From IMG/VR virus record IMGVR_UViG_3300032373_001200, positions 1-40,533 of that record: a stretch of DNA of 40,533 nucleotides. One strand, given 5' to 3'. The DNA comes from a virus. Taxonomy: Duplodnaviria; Caudoviricetes. The notes below the pieces were generated by a model that did not search any database, was not told the origin of the DNA, and saw only the letters and a program-made list of their open reading frames with translations. Both the position numbers and the translations under genes were made by a program. This document shows, one piece after another, positions 26,020-34,531 of this stretch. Position 1 is the first letter of the stretch. Each line of letters begins with the position of its first letter.

Positions 26020-26476
26020 TGCTAATATGCTTTTGTAGTTGGGTTAATACGAGATCGCGATCGGCTTTGTTGAGACCTAGCAGTTTTCTGACTGCGTATT
26101 TGTGGAGCACACCATTTTTTGAGACACGTGCGAGTTTGCCGTAGTGGTGAATTTTTGCTATGGCTGCCGCTCCGCCATCCATTCCGACTGATAAGCCGTT
26201 TGCATCTGATTTAATTTTTAGATGTTTGATTTTTCGCAGCTTTTGGAACATGGCTTTGCGCTTTTTGATTTGGCCCTTTTTTTCTCGAAGGCGTGGCTTT
26301 CTTTTTTCGTATGGTGTGCCGTCTGGATTTTGTTGGGCTTTAATGCGTTTTATGTTTTGTTGGCGAAGTGCGACGGCCATGGTGCGGGTGAGTTTTTTAA
26401 ACTCTGATGGTGATAGGTTGTCGAGTAGTGGTTTGGCCCAGGTTTCGACGGCTTTTAGATCATTGTCCATCATCAT
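26015..26476 (-). CDS. S: Virion morphogenesis/tail completion protein gpS
   Basis: RIKAQQNPDGTPYEKRK, IAKIHHYG, RKLLGL. Confidence 0.95.
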   Translation of the reverse strand: MMMDNDLKAVETWAKPLLDNLSPSEFKKLTRTMAVALRQQNIKRIKAQQNPDGTPYEKRKPRLREKKGQIKKRKAMFQKLRKIKHLKIKSDANGLSVGMDGGAAAIAKIHHYGKLARVSKNGVLHKYAVRKLLGLNKADRDLVLTQLQKHISK

Positions 26477-27926
26477 TCAGCCAGTTGGCGACCTCTTCAT
26501 CGTTGGCTAATAATGTGAACTCGGGTGCTGTGAGGATGGCTGGTGCTAGGTCTGGTTCATCTGCAGCATAGATTTTTATTCCTTCTTCTGATTCTTCGAC
26601 TTTTATATCTTCTGTTAGGTCGATTTCTAAGAGTACATCGGCTGTTTTTCCGTTGAGTTGTTCGGCTTTGAATCTGATTGCTTCGGGCTTGTGGTCTGGC
26701 TGGTGTTTTTGCATCCATACGAGTATCCAATAAAAAAGCTTTAAAGGATCACCACTAAAGTCTTCTAGCAGGGCAGTTGCTTCGTATTTTAGTTGAAAAT
26801 GTTGGTTTGTTCCGGCAGGTAGTGAGTATACGTTGCCATCTTCTGCGAATGAAAAAAGTTTGTCGGGTTCTATTTCTAGTTGTTGTGGGATTGAGAGTAG
26901 ATGTTCTCTAAACGATGCGAGCTTTTTCATGGCGATACCGTTTTGTAGGTTTGTTATTTTTGGTGGAAAGATGCCGGTGTTGCTGGTGAATGCGATGGTA
27001 TCGGCTTTTCCTGCTAGGGTGTTGCCGTCTGGAAAGATCCCCGTGTTGTTGGTTGTTGTTAAAACATCATTGTTGCCGATGATTAAGTTTCCGTAGGCGA
27101 CTGTTCCTTGGTGGTTGGTAATTGTTAACGTGAAGTTTGCACCATGGATGGCATTGCCGAAGGGGATGGTTCCGGTGTTGTTGGTGAAAGCAAGAATGCT
27201 TGCATTGCCGTCTATTCTATTGCCGTGTGCGACAGTGCCTTGGTTGTTGGTGATTGTTAGGGTGTAAGTTGTGCCTTGGATGGCGTTGCCGAAGGGTATT
27301 GTGCCGGTGTTGTTGGTTATGGCTAGTGTATCGGTTGATCCCTGTATTACGTTGCCGGATTGAATTTCACCTGCATTGTTTGTGAATGAGAAAGTGTCGG
27401 TGTTGCCGTCGATGCGGTTTCCGTAGGCTACGGTTCCTTGGTTGTTGGCGATTGTTAGGGTGTATGCTGCTCCTTGGATGTTATTTCCAAAGGGAACTGA
27501 ACCTGCGTTGTTTGTGAAGGTGAAAGTGTCGGTGTTGCCGTCTATTCTGTTGCCGTGTGCAGCGATGCCTTGGTTATTGGTGATTGTTAGGGTATAGGTT
27601 GCGCCTTGGATGGCGTTGCCGAATGGAAGGGTGCCGGTGCTGTTTGTTAGTGCTAGGGTATCGGCGTTGCCGTCTATTCTGTTGCCGTGTGCGACGGTGC
27701 CTTGGTTGTTGGTGATTGTTAAGGTGTTGGCTACACCTTGGATGGCGTTGCCGAAGGGTAGTGTGCCGGTGTTGTTGGTTATGGCTAGTGTATCGGCATT
27801 GCCGTTGATTGTGTTGCTTTGTGTTGACGGTGCAGAGTCTTTTACTATGGTGCCGTTACTTAGGACTAAATAAAACCCTGAGCTTGACTCTATAAAGACA
27901 TTTCCATCGCCGGTGACAAAACCCAT
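26460..27926 (-). CDS. R: gpR tail-completion protein with N-terminal 22-aa repeat array fused in frame
   Basis: Residues 333-488 (MKKLASFREHLL...WMQKHQPD...IDLTEDIKV...DEP) are gpR-like; no stop between the repeats and gpR. Confidence 0.85.
   Translation of the reverse strand: MGFVTGDGNVFIESSSGFYLVLSNGTIVKDSAPSTQSNTINGNADTLAITNNTGTLPFGNAIQGVANTLTITNNQGTVAHGNRIDGNADTLALTNSTGTLPFGNAIQGATYTLTITNNQGIAAHGNRIDGNTDTFTFTNNAGSVPFGNNIQGAAYTLTIANNQGTVAYGNRIDGNTDTFSFTNNAGEIQSGNVIQGSTDTLAITNNTGTIPFGNAIQGTTYTLTITNNQGTVAHGNRIDGNASILAFTNNTGTIPFGNAIHGANFTLTITNHQGTVAYGNLIIGNNDVLTTTNNTGIFPDGNTLAGKADTIAFTSNTGIFPPKITNLQNGIAMKKLASFREHLLSIPQQLEIEPDKLFSFAEDGNVYSLPAGTNQHFQLKYEATALLEDFSGDPLKLFYWILVWMQKHQPDHKPEAIRFKAEQLNGKTADVLLEIDLTEDIKVEESEEGIKIYAADEPDLAPAILTAPEFTLLANDEEVANWLNDDGQ
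26961..27818 (-). repeat. 13 tandem 66-bp (22-aa) coding repeats, largely alternating A/B types
   Basis: Consensus GNxIxGxxxTLxITNNxGTxxx; GNRIDG...PF alternates with GNAIQG...AH/AY. Confidence 0.95.
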
Positions 27927-29275
27927 TACACCAACACCGGATTACTAACGTAAACGTCCTTGTTTATAATGGCTAGACAGAGATAAAACTCAACCATCGC
28001 GTGTTTTCCTGCTGGTAGAGTGACTGTAGCTTCTTGCTTGTTTTCATTCACCATACCAATGGTACCGTTCCAGGTCTCTGAACTTACTGGGTAGGTGATT
28101 GGTATACTTTTAATGTTGGCCACTCTTGTGGATATAAACTGCCCTAATGTAGATGATTGACCGGGCGTGACGGCTTCAATCCATAGTTGCGTGTTGTTTA
28201 ACGATGCAAGTGAATCATGCACAAAGGGTATTTTGTAGTCTTGTGATACTGTTAGGTCTATGGGAAATTCTGCGATTTTTATTCTTAGCGGTTTTATTAT
28301 TTCAACTGCATTTGCGTTTGTTGAAAATTTAAGACTATAGTTTACGCCGAAAGCGGGGTAGCCGTCAGTCTTGTATATTCCTGTGTCTGTGATTACATCG
28401 CCTTCTTGCCGATTGTAGTTTGCGTTGTTTTTATTATCGATGTAGTCACATTCGATAAATGCTATATCGCCGATTTGCATGGGCGAGTTATTTAGTATTT
28501 TTGTTGCTAGTGGATTTAGTAGACAACGTAAAATGGTTGCGTGAACCGCCATTTCTGCTGTTGATGGTAATGACACTATATTTCCGGTTTGGGTAGATAA
28601 ATCCACGCCTGTGACATCACATATTCCACCCTCTTGAAAAATAAATACGTCGTTTAGCGCTATGGTGGGTATAGCTCCACCTCTCCATATTAGTTTTCCA
28701 GAACGATGAAAGGCAATCGCATCGCCTGGTTGTGAACCTATAAAATCGGAATTTATTAACGTTAATGTCCAAGGGCCGCTGGGTGATGATGTTGCGCCGA
28801 TGTATAGATAGCGATTCCCCCCTGCGTTTAATCCAACGTGTATTTGACAGTTCTCAAATATGGATGCACATTCTGAACGGGAGTCGTTAAAGTGCGCACC
28901 AGATTTTACGATCACACTGAACCAGTAATTTAAGCCTGTTGAGCGAATGTCAAAATTACCTGTGCTTTCAATTATTGCGGTGTCTGAATGGCTTTGGTTA
29001 TCGACTATATCACTTGCGAGGGGTGGCCAATTTGTTGTTGTCGAATTTACGGCAATAATTTTTATTGGTTTGCTGCCAATTGATTGTGGGCCGGCGAACG
29101 TGGCATCTGCCCCGAGCAGCTCATTGAACCCACCGCCGTTTGAATTTCGTAACCATATCGTGTCGTCTGGCCCTGCGATTGCGTAAGCAGCCGTTAGCCG
29201 TTGAAACTCATCATCCCAACCTACGCCGCCGTTAGCATCACTTCCTGAAAATGAATCGACAGCGATATCAACCAT
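27926..29275 (-). CDS. Putative beta-helix (pectin-lyase-like) adhesin/depolymerase
   Basis: VDSFSGSDANGGVGWDDEFQRLTAAYAIAGPDDTIWL is a typical beta-helix N-cap; beta-rich body. Confidence 0.6.
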   Translation of the reverse strand: MVDIAVDSFSGSDANGGVGWDDEFQRLTAAYAIAGPDDTIWLRNSNGGGFNELLGADATFAGPQSIGSKPIKIIAVNSTTTNWPPLASDIVDNQSHSDTAIIESTGNFDIRSTGLNYWFSVIVKSGAHFNDSRSECASIFENCQIHVGLNAGGNRYLYIGATSSPSGPWTLTLINSDFIGSQPGDAIAFHRSGKLIWRGGAIPTIALNDVFIFQEGGICDVTGVDLSTQTGNIVSLPSTAEMAVHATILRCLLNPLATKILNNSPMQIGDIAFIECDYIDNKNNANYNRQEGDVITDTGIYKTDGYPAFGVNYSLKFSTNANAVEIIKPLRIKIAEFPIDLTVSQDYKIPFVHDSLASLNNTQLWIEAVTPGQSSTLGQFISTRVANIKSIPITYPVSSETWNGTIGMVNENKQEATVTLPAGKHAMVEFYLCLAIINKDVYVSNPVLV

Positions 29276-29789
29276 TTTTTATTGTCTCCATTACTGAAAC
29301 CGCGCTGTTTAGTTGTTTGAAAAATTGTTCACGGGTGCGTATTTCTGCGAGTTCTTGATCAGATAATTGAAGTAGATATTTTAGCTCTTGATCTGTTCCT
29401 AGGTTGAATAGGTGTTCGAACGCGTGTCGATAATCAAGTAGCTCTCCCCCTGATAAACCCATAAGATAATCAGCAACAGAAGTGATCGCCTTTTCGTATG
29501 TTTGGTATTCTGGAGAAATTAGAATGTTGCTGGTATCTCGAAACGGATTTACGTTTTTTTTGAGTTTACTGATGAATGAATCTATTTCGTTGTTCGCAAG
29601 TTTTTTATTCTGGGCGTCAATCAGGGCTAAGCGTTGCGGTTTGAACTCGGATTCGCTTAATTCACCATCTACAAGTAGTTTTCCTGTTTTATGTTCTAGC
29701 CCTAAGTGGTCGACAAATACATGTTGTATGTATCGTCGACCATCTCTTTGCCTGTGGTTGTCAGCTTTAGTGTGATGACTTTCTATCAT
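29268..29789 (-). CDS. Hypothetical protein (possible chaperone) in the inserted module
   Basis: Charged helical ORF overlapping the start of the beta-helix gene. Confidence 0.7.
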   Translation of the reverse strand: MIESHHTKADNHRQRDGRRYIQHVFVDHLGLEHKTGKLLVDGELSESEFKPQRLALIDAQNKKLANNEIDSFISKLKKNVNPFRDTSNILISPEYQTYEKAITSVADYLMGLSGGELLDYRHAFEHLFNLGTDQELKYLLQLSDQELAEIRTREQFFKQLNSAVSVMETIKNG

Positions 29790-29803
29790 GAGTGCCGTTT
29801 CTT

Positions 29804-30268
29804 TTATGCGGCTTGGAAAAAACCGTTTGCATGAACGATGTAATCAAAATCATCGGTGGTTAGATCCATGTCTGCACCTAGATCGATGTAGCCGATTGCT
29901 TGTTTACCGGCTGCTGTGTCGTTGTAGATGATTGCCCAACGTGCGTTTGTTGGGTTTGCGGCATCAATTGGGATGTTGATGTCGTTGGCGTTTAGCGAGA
30001 CTGTATTTCCGGTCAAGGTCCATGAGACATTCACTAATGTGACACCGCCTGCAACGTAGTTGCCTCCTGGCACTACTTCTGATGCTGATAGATCAACTCC
30101 GCCCCCTACACCCCAACGTGGATCTGTTGTTAGTTCGGTGGGATCGATTCCACCGTTTGCCGCTGATCGAATTAGGGCTAGCTTAATTGTGTTTGCTGAT
30201 AGATTGTGGACTGCGTTTCCTAGGTCCTCTTTTGTTTTTGCGAATAGTACGAAATCACCTTTTGCCAT
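29804..30268 (-). CDS. Small virion fibre-like structural protein
   Basis: LSANTIKLALI..SEVVPGGNYVAGGVTL..W..ARWAIIYNDT..IGYIDLG pattern recalled from phage structural regions; AGGAG RBS. Confidence 0.7.
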   Translation of the reverse strand: MAKGDFVLFAKTKEDLGNAVHNLSANTIKLALIRSAANGGIDPTELTTDPRWGVGGGVDLSASEVVPGGNYVAGGVTLVNVSWTLTGNTVSLNANDINIPIDAANPTNARWAIIYNDTAAGKQAIGYIDLGADMDLTTDDFDYIVHANGFFQAA

Positions 30269-30291
30269 GGTGCTTGCTCCTGTTTATTCTA

Positions 30292-30738
30292 TTAGTCGGA
30301 TTTTTGAATGCTGTCGAGATTGTTACCTACTATTGATGCATATTCTTCGATGATCTTTTCTTCAGGTAGCTCGATGTTTTTGGCTCGAATAACTAACATG
30401 TCGATTTTGTAATAAGATGATCTGTTGGCGTGCCAGTTGTCGGTGAATTTCACGAGGGCGGATATACTGCCGAATATTCCTGCTAGGGACATTAGGATTG
30501 TTGAGATATCTTTTGCATCTGGCTCAGTGAATCCGAAGATTGCTACTTGGTTGATTAGTGCGGCTGAAGCTGAGAGAGAAATAATCAGGATAGAAATGAA
30601 GTAGAAAGACCACTTCCAAAACGTTGCGCGACGTTTGAATTTTCCGTAGCGTTTTTTTAATTCTTCTACTAGTTTTTGACGCTTGTTAGTTGTTTCGTTT
30701 TTCATTTCATCACCTTGGGATAGTTGTTCAGGATTCAT
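30292..30738 (-). CDS. Two-TM SLATT/DUF4231-like membrane protein
   Basis: YGKFKRRATFWKW-TM-TM-KFTDNWHANR...EEYASIV layout; alternative start at 30705. Confidence 0.65.
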   Translation of the reverse strand: MNPEQLSQGDEMKNETTNKRQKLVEELKKRYGKFKRRATFWKWSFYFISILIISLSASAALINQVAIFGFTEPDAKDISTILMSLAGIFGSISALVKFTDNWHANRSSYYKIDMLVIRAKNIELPEEKIIEEYASIVGNNLDSIQKSD

Positions 30739-30925
30739 TGGTTTCTCCCTTTTCTTTTTTTAAAAAACGTTCTTCGATCCAATCGTAGATTCTCATGCAT
30801 AACCAAACTATGCTTAGCACTGACGCTATGACGGGCACCCATGTGGTGAGCCATGTGCCAAACGCTGCTGTAATTGCTGCAAGGTCTGTGATTGTTTTTG
30901 AGGCTTCTGCTTTTTCTGGTGACAT
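30728..30925 (-). CDS. Putative holin
   Basis: 65 aa, hydrophobic core, charged C-terminus, in the P2 Y position after gpX; start re-called at MSPEK. Confidence 0.7.
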   Translation of the reverse strand: MSPEKAEASKTITDLAAITAAFGTWLTTWVPVIASVLSIVWLCMRIYDWIEERFLKKEKGETNES

Positions 30926-30927
30926 TT

Positions 30928-31137
30928 TTAGTCCCATAAATTGTCGGTTTGAATTTCGTTCTTCTTTGGTGCCTCGGGTAGAAGTACTTTTGTGCCGATT
31001 GGGAGCACTGTTCCCAACGCGGCAAGGCCCGGATTGTTGCCGTATACTTGTTTTGTTACGTTTGCTGTGTAGCCGTATTTCTTGGAGCATATGCGTTCAA
31101 CTGTGTCGCCTTCGACTGATGTAATTTCTTCACTCAT
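30928..31137 (-). CDS. X: Tail protein gpX (LysM-like)
   Basis: GDTVERIC..YG, NPGLAALGTVLPIGTKVLLP, NLWD. Confidence 0.95.
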   Translation of the reverse strand: MSEEITSVEGDTVERICSKKYGYTANVTKQVYGNNPGLAALGTVLPIGTKVLLPEAPKKNEIQTDNLWD

Positions 31138-31604
31138 TAAATCAACTCAATTGTTGATCGCGGTTTGCCGAGTATTTTTCTTATGGCTGTTTTTGCTTCT
31201 GTTAGATACGATTCGGTTGTGGTTTCAAATTCGTCGGCTCTTTCGTTGCCTTTGTCGGTTGTGGATGAATCGCGGTAGTAATCGAGTAACTCTGCTTTTG
31301 TGGTTGCGTATACTGCGCGTAAATAGCAGTGTTGGAATTTGGTTACGTCGCTGTAATCGTCGCTTGGGACTTCGGCTAAGGTTGCATAACCTAATGCGAC
31401 TTGTGCGGCTTGCCATGTTACTAGTTGATCATTTACCGCGATCATTGCTGATCTGATAGATTCAATAACGCGTTGGTCTGTGACGGAATCTTGTAGGCGT
31501 ACTGCTTTTTTGAAGACCGTTACAACGATGCTTGGGTAAAACGGTAGATTTGTGACGGTTTGGTCGCTGGTATCGTTGGGATTGTTGGTGGCTGCAAATG
31601 CCAT
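31137..31604 (-). CDS. L: Head completion protein gpL
   Basis: YLRAVYATTKAELLDYYRD, RSTIELI. Confidence 0.95.
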   Translation of the reverse strand: MAFAATNNPNDTSDQTVTNLPFYPSIVVTVFKKAVRLQDSVTDQRVIESIRSAMIAVNDQLVTWQAAQVALGYATLAEVPSDDYSDVTKFQHCYLRAVYATTKAELLDYYRDSSTTDKGNERADEFETTTESYLTEAKTAIRKILGKPRSTIELI

Positions 31605-31615
31605 GGTATGACCTT

Positions 31616-31679
31616 TTCAAAAAGTGCGGTAGTGATATGAGGAAGCGCGTTTTACGGCACCTCACTCACATCACACCGC
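31616..31679 (-). terminator. Long hairpin with U-tract between M and L (attenuator-like)
   Basis: GCGGTGTGATGTGAG...CTCATATCACTACCGC followed by ACTTTTT. Confidence 0.5.
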
Positions 31680-31694
31680 GTCCGGGGGGAGGAC

Positions 31695-32483
31695 TCAGTT
31701 AACGGTGTTTTCCGGGAAACCCGGTTCTTCCGCTTTTTGTTCTACTTCTTCTTGCTTTTCTTCTTCTGACTTCGCTTCTTGCTTCTCTTCGGGGTTGTTA
31801 TGGGTTGCTTGGGCTTGTTGTTTTTCTAATGCGGCTTGTTGGGCTGCATCTTTTTTACGTTTGATGCTGTTCAGTTTTTCGATCTGCTTGATTACGCCGC
31901 TTTTTTTGTGGAGCTGAAGGGCGCGGTTTAGGTGCTCAAGAGCAAGATCGACATTGCTTTCGCCCAAGGCGGTGCCGATAGCTTTGTGGAGCTTGGCGCG
32001 GACTTCGTCGGGCATGTCTTTTTCTTTGGTGATTTCTAGCGTATGGATGAGTTGTTTAATATCTGGTTCATCCATGCGTAGTGCGATTTCAGCAACTTCT
32101 TCAGCAATGAGTGTTGCGGTGTCTCGATTGAATTGCTCGGGTGTTTGGAGATCGTGACGAAGGGCATATTCTGCAATTTCTAATGCACCTTGGATATCAC
32201 CCACATCAATACGCCATAGCATGATGGTCATTACGATTTCATCTTGTGCGCCGCTATCAGCTTCTAAAGTTCCTGATATATAGGGAATATAATCAGGGAG
32301 GATTTTGGTTTTGATTTCTGCTTTGCGTTCTACGCTTTGTGTGCCTTTTAGCTGCTTTTTGTGGTCAACTAATTGGATCATCATGAGTTCGTGGAGATTG
32401 CCGTGAGCCACTATGTTGCCTGGATCTTTTCCGGCATTCATCATGGCTAATTGGCGTTGTCTTTTTTGTTGTAATGGCGTCAT
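31695..32483 (-). CDS. M: Terminase small/endonuclease subunit gpM
   Basis: GAQDEIVMTIMLWRIDVGD, DMPDEVRAKLHKAIG. Confidence 0.95.
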   Translation of the reverse strand: MTPLQQKRQRQLAMMNAGKDPGNIVAHGNLHELMMIQLVDHKKQLKGTQSVERKAEIKTKILPDYIPYISGTLEADSGAQDEIVMTIMLWRIDVGDIQGALEIAEYALRHDLQTPEQFNRDTATLIAEEVAEIALRMDEPDIKQLIHTLEITKEKDMPDEVRAKLHKAIGTALGESNVDLALEHLNRALQLHKKSGVIKQIEKLNSIKRKKDAAQQAALEKQQAQATHNNPEEKQEAKSEEEKQEEVEQKAEEPGFPENTVN

Positions 32484-32522
32484 TGTGTCACCTGCTTATG
32501 TGTCGATTGGTTTTGCTGCCGA

Positions 32523-33533
32523 TTAAACGAGCGTGATGTTGTCGATTAGACAAATGCCGTCGTAGTCTTCTACTACGTAGGCTTCGTTGACTGATTGGTA
32601 GTCTTCGATTCGGTCGCGCTTTGCTTCTTCGACGATAGTGCGTCTGCGAGAGCCATTCTGGTAGTAAATTGAAAGGTTGTCGAGGCGTGTAATTGCCATT
32701 GAATTTGCAGGAATATAAGGTGCTCTAACTGCTTGTAAACCACCGACACGTTTTGAAGAGATCATGGTATCCAGTGCTTTGTTTTCGCTTGGTGTTGAGC
32801 CATGAGTTTCGATAAGTGGAAAGTACTTATCAGCAAGAAGTTGTCTACCAAGTACGACAACTAGGTCTGTATCATCTTGTAGATGGGTAGCTATATAGTT
32901 GTTGACGGAATCATATACTAAAGAGTCAAGATTTTTATAGTCTCCTGTAGCACCTACATTTACTACACCTGATAGATTTACTATCTCGTCAATGTATTGC
33001 TGTGGCGCATTTAATCGGATTTTTTCAAACCAACCTACATTCACGTCTTGCAATAATTGGTTAACTGCACGGTTTGATGTGGCAGCGCGTGATGTGCCGT
33101 TAAAACCAATCATGATTCTATCTAGCGCCATGCGTTGCAGAATCATGTTTGCTACGCGAACTTGGAAGTCCTTAAAGCCAGCCCATAGGTCAAGTTTGGC
33201 ATAACCAATGTGAGAGTCGAAGTTGGTTTTTGTACAGAGATAGCCGTGGCCATCAAGTACAGAAGGATCTTGTGTTTGGCGATCGCCTGCGTCGGTATCT
33301 TGTGTGCTTGCGAGTGTGCCACCGATACTTAAGCCGAGTTTTTCACCTTGTTGTTCGGGGACGCCGACGATATTAATTTGTTGTAAAAATGCTGAAGACT
33401 CCTGAATTTTGTCTTCCATCGTTTGTTCTAATGGGTTTGTAACGGCGAATTTTTTGGATGGGTCATCAATTCCGTTTAACTGCGCGATTCGTTTTAGAAA
33501 AGCGTTAAAAAGTAAGCGGGTATCATTTCTCAT
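32523..33533 (-). CDS. N: Major capsid protein gpN (P2 family)
   Basis: MRNDTRLLFN, ALDRIMIGFNGTSRA, LDNLSIYYQ, SVNEAYVVEDY. Confidence 0.97.
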   Translation of the reverse strand: MRNDTRLLFNAFLKRIAQLNGIDDPSKKFAVTNPLEQTMEDKIQESSAFLQQINIVGVPEQQGEKLGLSIGGTLASTQDTDAGDRQTQDPSVLDGHGYLCTKTNFDSHIGYAKLDLWAGFKDFQVRVANMILQRMALDRIMIGFNGTSRAATSNRAVNQLLQDVNVGWFEKIRLNAPQQYIDEIVNLSGVVNVGATGDYKNLDSLVYDSVNNYIATHLQDDTDLVVVLGRQLLADKYFPLIETHGSTPSENKALDTMISSKRVGGLQAVRAPYIPANSMAITRLDNLSIYYQNGSRRRTIVEEAKRDRIEDYQSVNEAYVVEDYDGICLIDNITLV

Positions 33534-33569
33534 GATTGGTTTTCCTTGATTAACTGGTTTTTGTTGTTA

Positions 33570-34379
33570 TTAACAGTCGGTTTGTACGTGACCGTCCCCG
33601 CCTGATGCCGGTGGCCTTTCTTCTCCACCTGGTTGGCCTGAAAGTTTGGTTACCAAGTTTTTATGCTCGGCTTGCAGTTGGTTGAATTTTGTTTGCAGAT
33701 CAGAAAATTTGGTTTCGTTTTCTGTTTCCATCGCTTCCATGCTTTCGATGGTTTCTTGCTGGCTTTCTGCAATGGCTATTACACTTTCGTCCACATTACT
33801 GAAGCGTTTTTGATCTGATTTACTTTTTCCGGTGAGTAGTGCTTGGACTTTTGAGAATAGGGAAGGGCCTTTATCTTCTTCGGTTTCTTCTTCTCCGAAA
33901 GTCAGAACCGTTTCGATTGATTTACTTAGTTCCACCCCTTGGCCTTGGCTGAATGCTAGTATTTCAGTGCCAAGTGATGCCGGTGTGTCTGTTGCTGCAA
34001 TTCCGAAAAAGTAAGCTTTACCTTTGCCTGCAAAATTTCGAAACATTTCGATTGATGAGTAAACCTTCTGACCTGCGCTGTGCATTTCGGTTAGCTTTGG
34101 CAGTGCTTTGCCGTGTGCGTATAGAGCCATTTTCCCGTCTAGGTCTGAACCATCATTGATGACTTCTGCGTGTAGTTCGTGAATATCGCCAAGCGCATCA
34201 CCTGCGCCACCAGGAAAGAAACCACGAAAGTGTTCTGGCCAAATGCGAGCGCCGTAGACTTTGGGGTCATACGTTTGGGCCATTTCCTCAATGTCCTTTC
34301 TCGTGATTTCACGACCGTCGATTGTTTCCCCTTCGACTGCAACTTGACGAAATATTTTTTTCCCTTTTTTTATTGGCAT
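33570..34379 (-). CDS. O: Capsid scaffolding protein/protease gpO
   Basis: VAVEGETIDGREI, YDPKVYGARIWPEH, TDTPASLGTE, C-terminal TDC; start re-called at MPIKK. Confidence 0.95.
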   Translation of the reverse strand: MPIKKGKKIFRQVAVEGETIDGREITRKDIEEMAQTYDPKVYGARIWPEHFRGFFPGGAGDALGDIHELHAEVINDGSDLDGKMALYAHGKALPKLTEMHSAGQKVYSSIEMFRNFAGKGKAYFFGIAATDTPASLGTEILAFSQGQGVELSKSIETVLTFGEEETEEDKGPSLFSKVQALLTGKSKSDQKRFSNVDESVIAIAESQQETIESMEAMETENETKFSDLQTKFNQLQAEHKNLVTKLSGQPGGEERPPASGGDGHVQTDC

Positions 34380-34465
34380 TGGCTCATTCTCTTTGCGGTT
34401 TCGGTTTGCGATTGCATTTGTTATGAGCTTCGTATCTGTAGCTATTTGTTTCAACCGATCGAGAG

Positions 34466-34531
34466 AGTAGTGCTAGGCACTACTTGTACGGTCTTTTATA
34501 TGGTGAAGGTTTTACGCTTAACCTTCGTTAT
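34466..34531 (+). promoter_or_regulatory. Late promoter for P with putative Ogr site
   Basis: AGTAGTG-ctagg-CACTACT (34466-34484) centred 57 bp from ATG 34532; TAACCT 7 nt before the ATG. Confidence 0.75.

Noticed and set aside
26961-27818. 66-bp periodicity as a CRISPR array or DGR template/variable repeats
   Set aside because: Repeats are in-frame coding units with no unique spacers; no cas or reverse transcriptase genes.
34380-34531. ORF-track N-terminal extensions of gpO and gpP (also gpW, holin, primase, ogr, gpH)
   Set aside because: They run through promoters or neighbouring genes; downstream starts fit RBS, coupling and family N-termini better.
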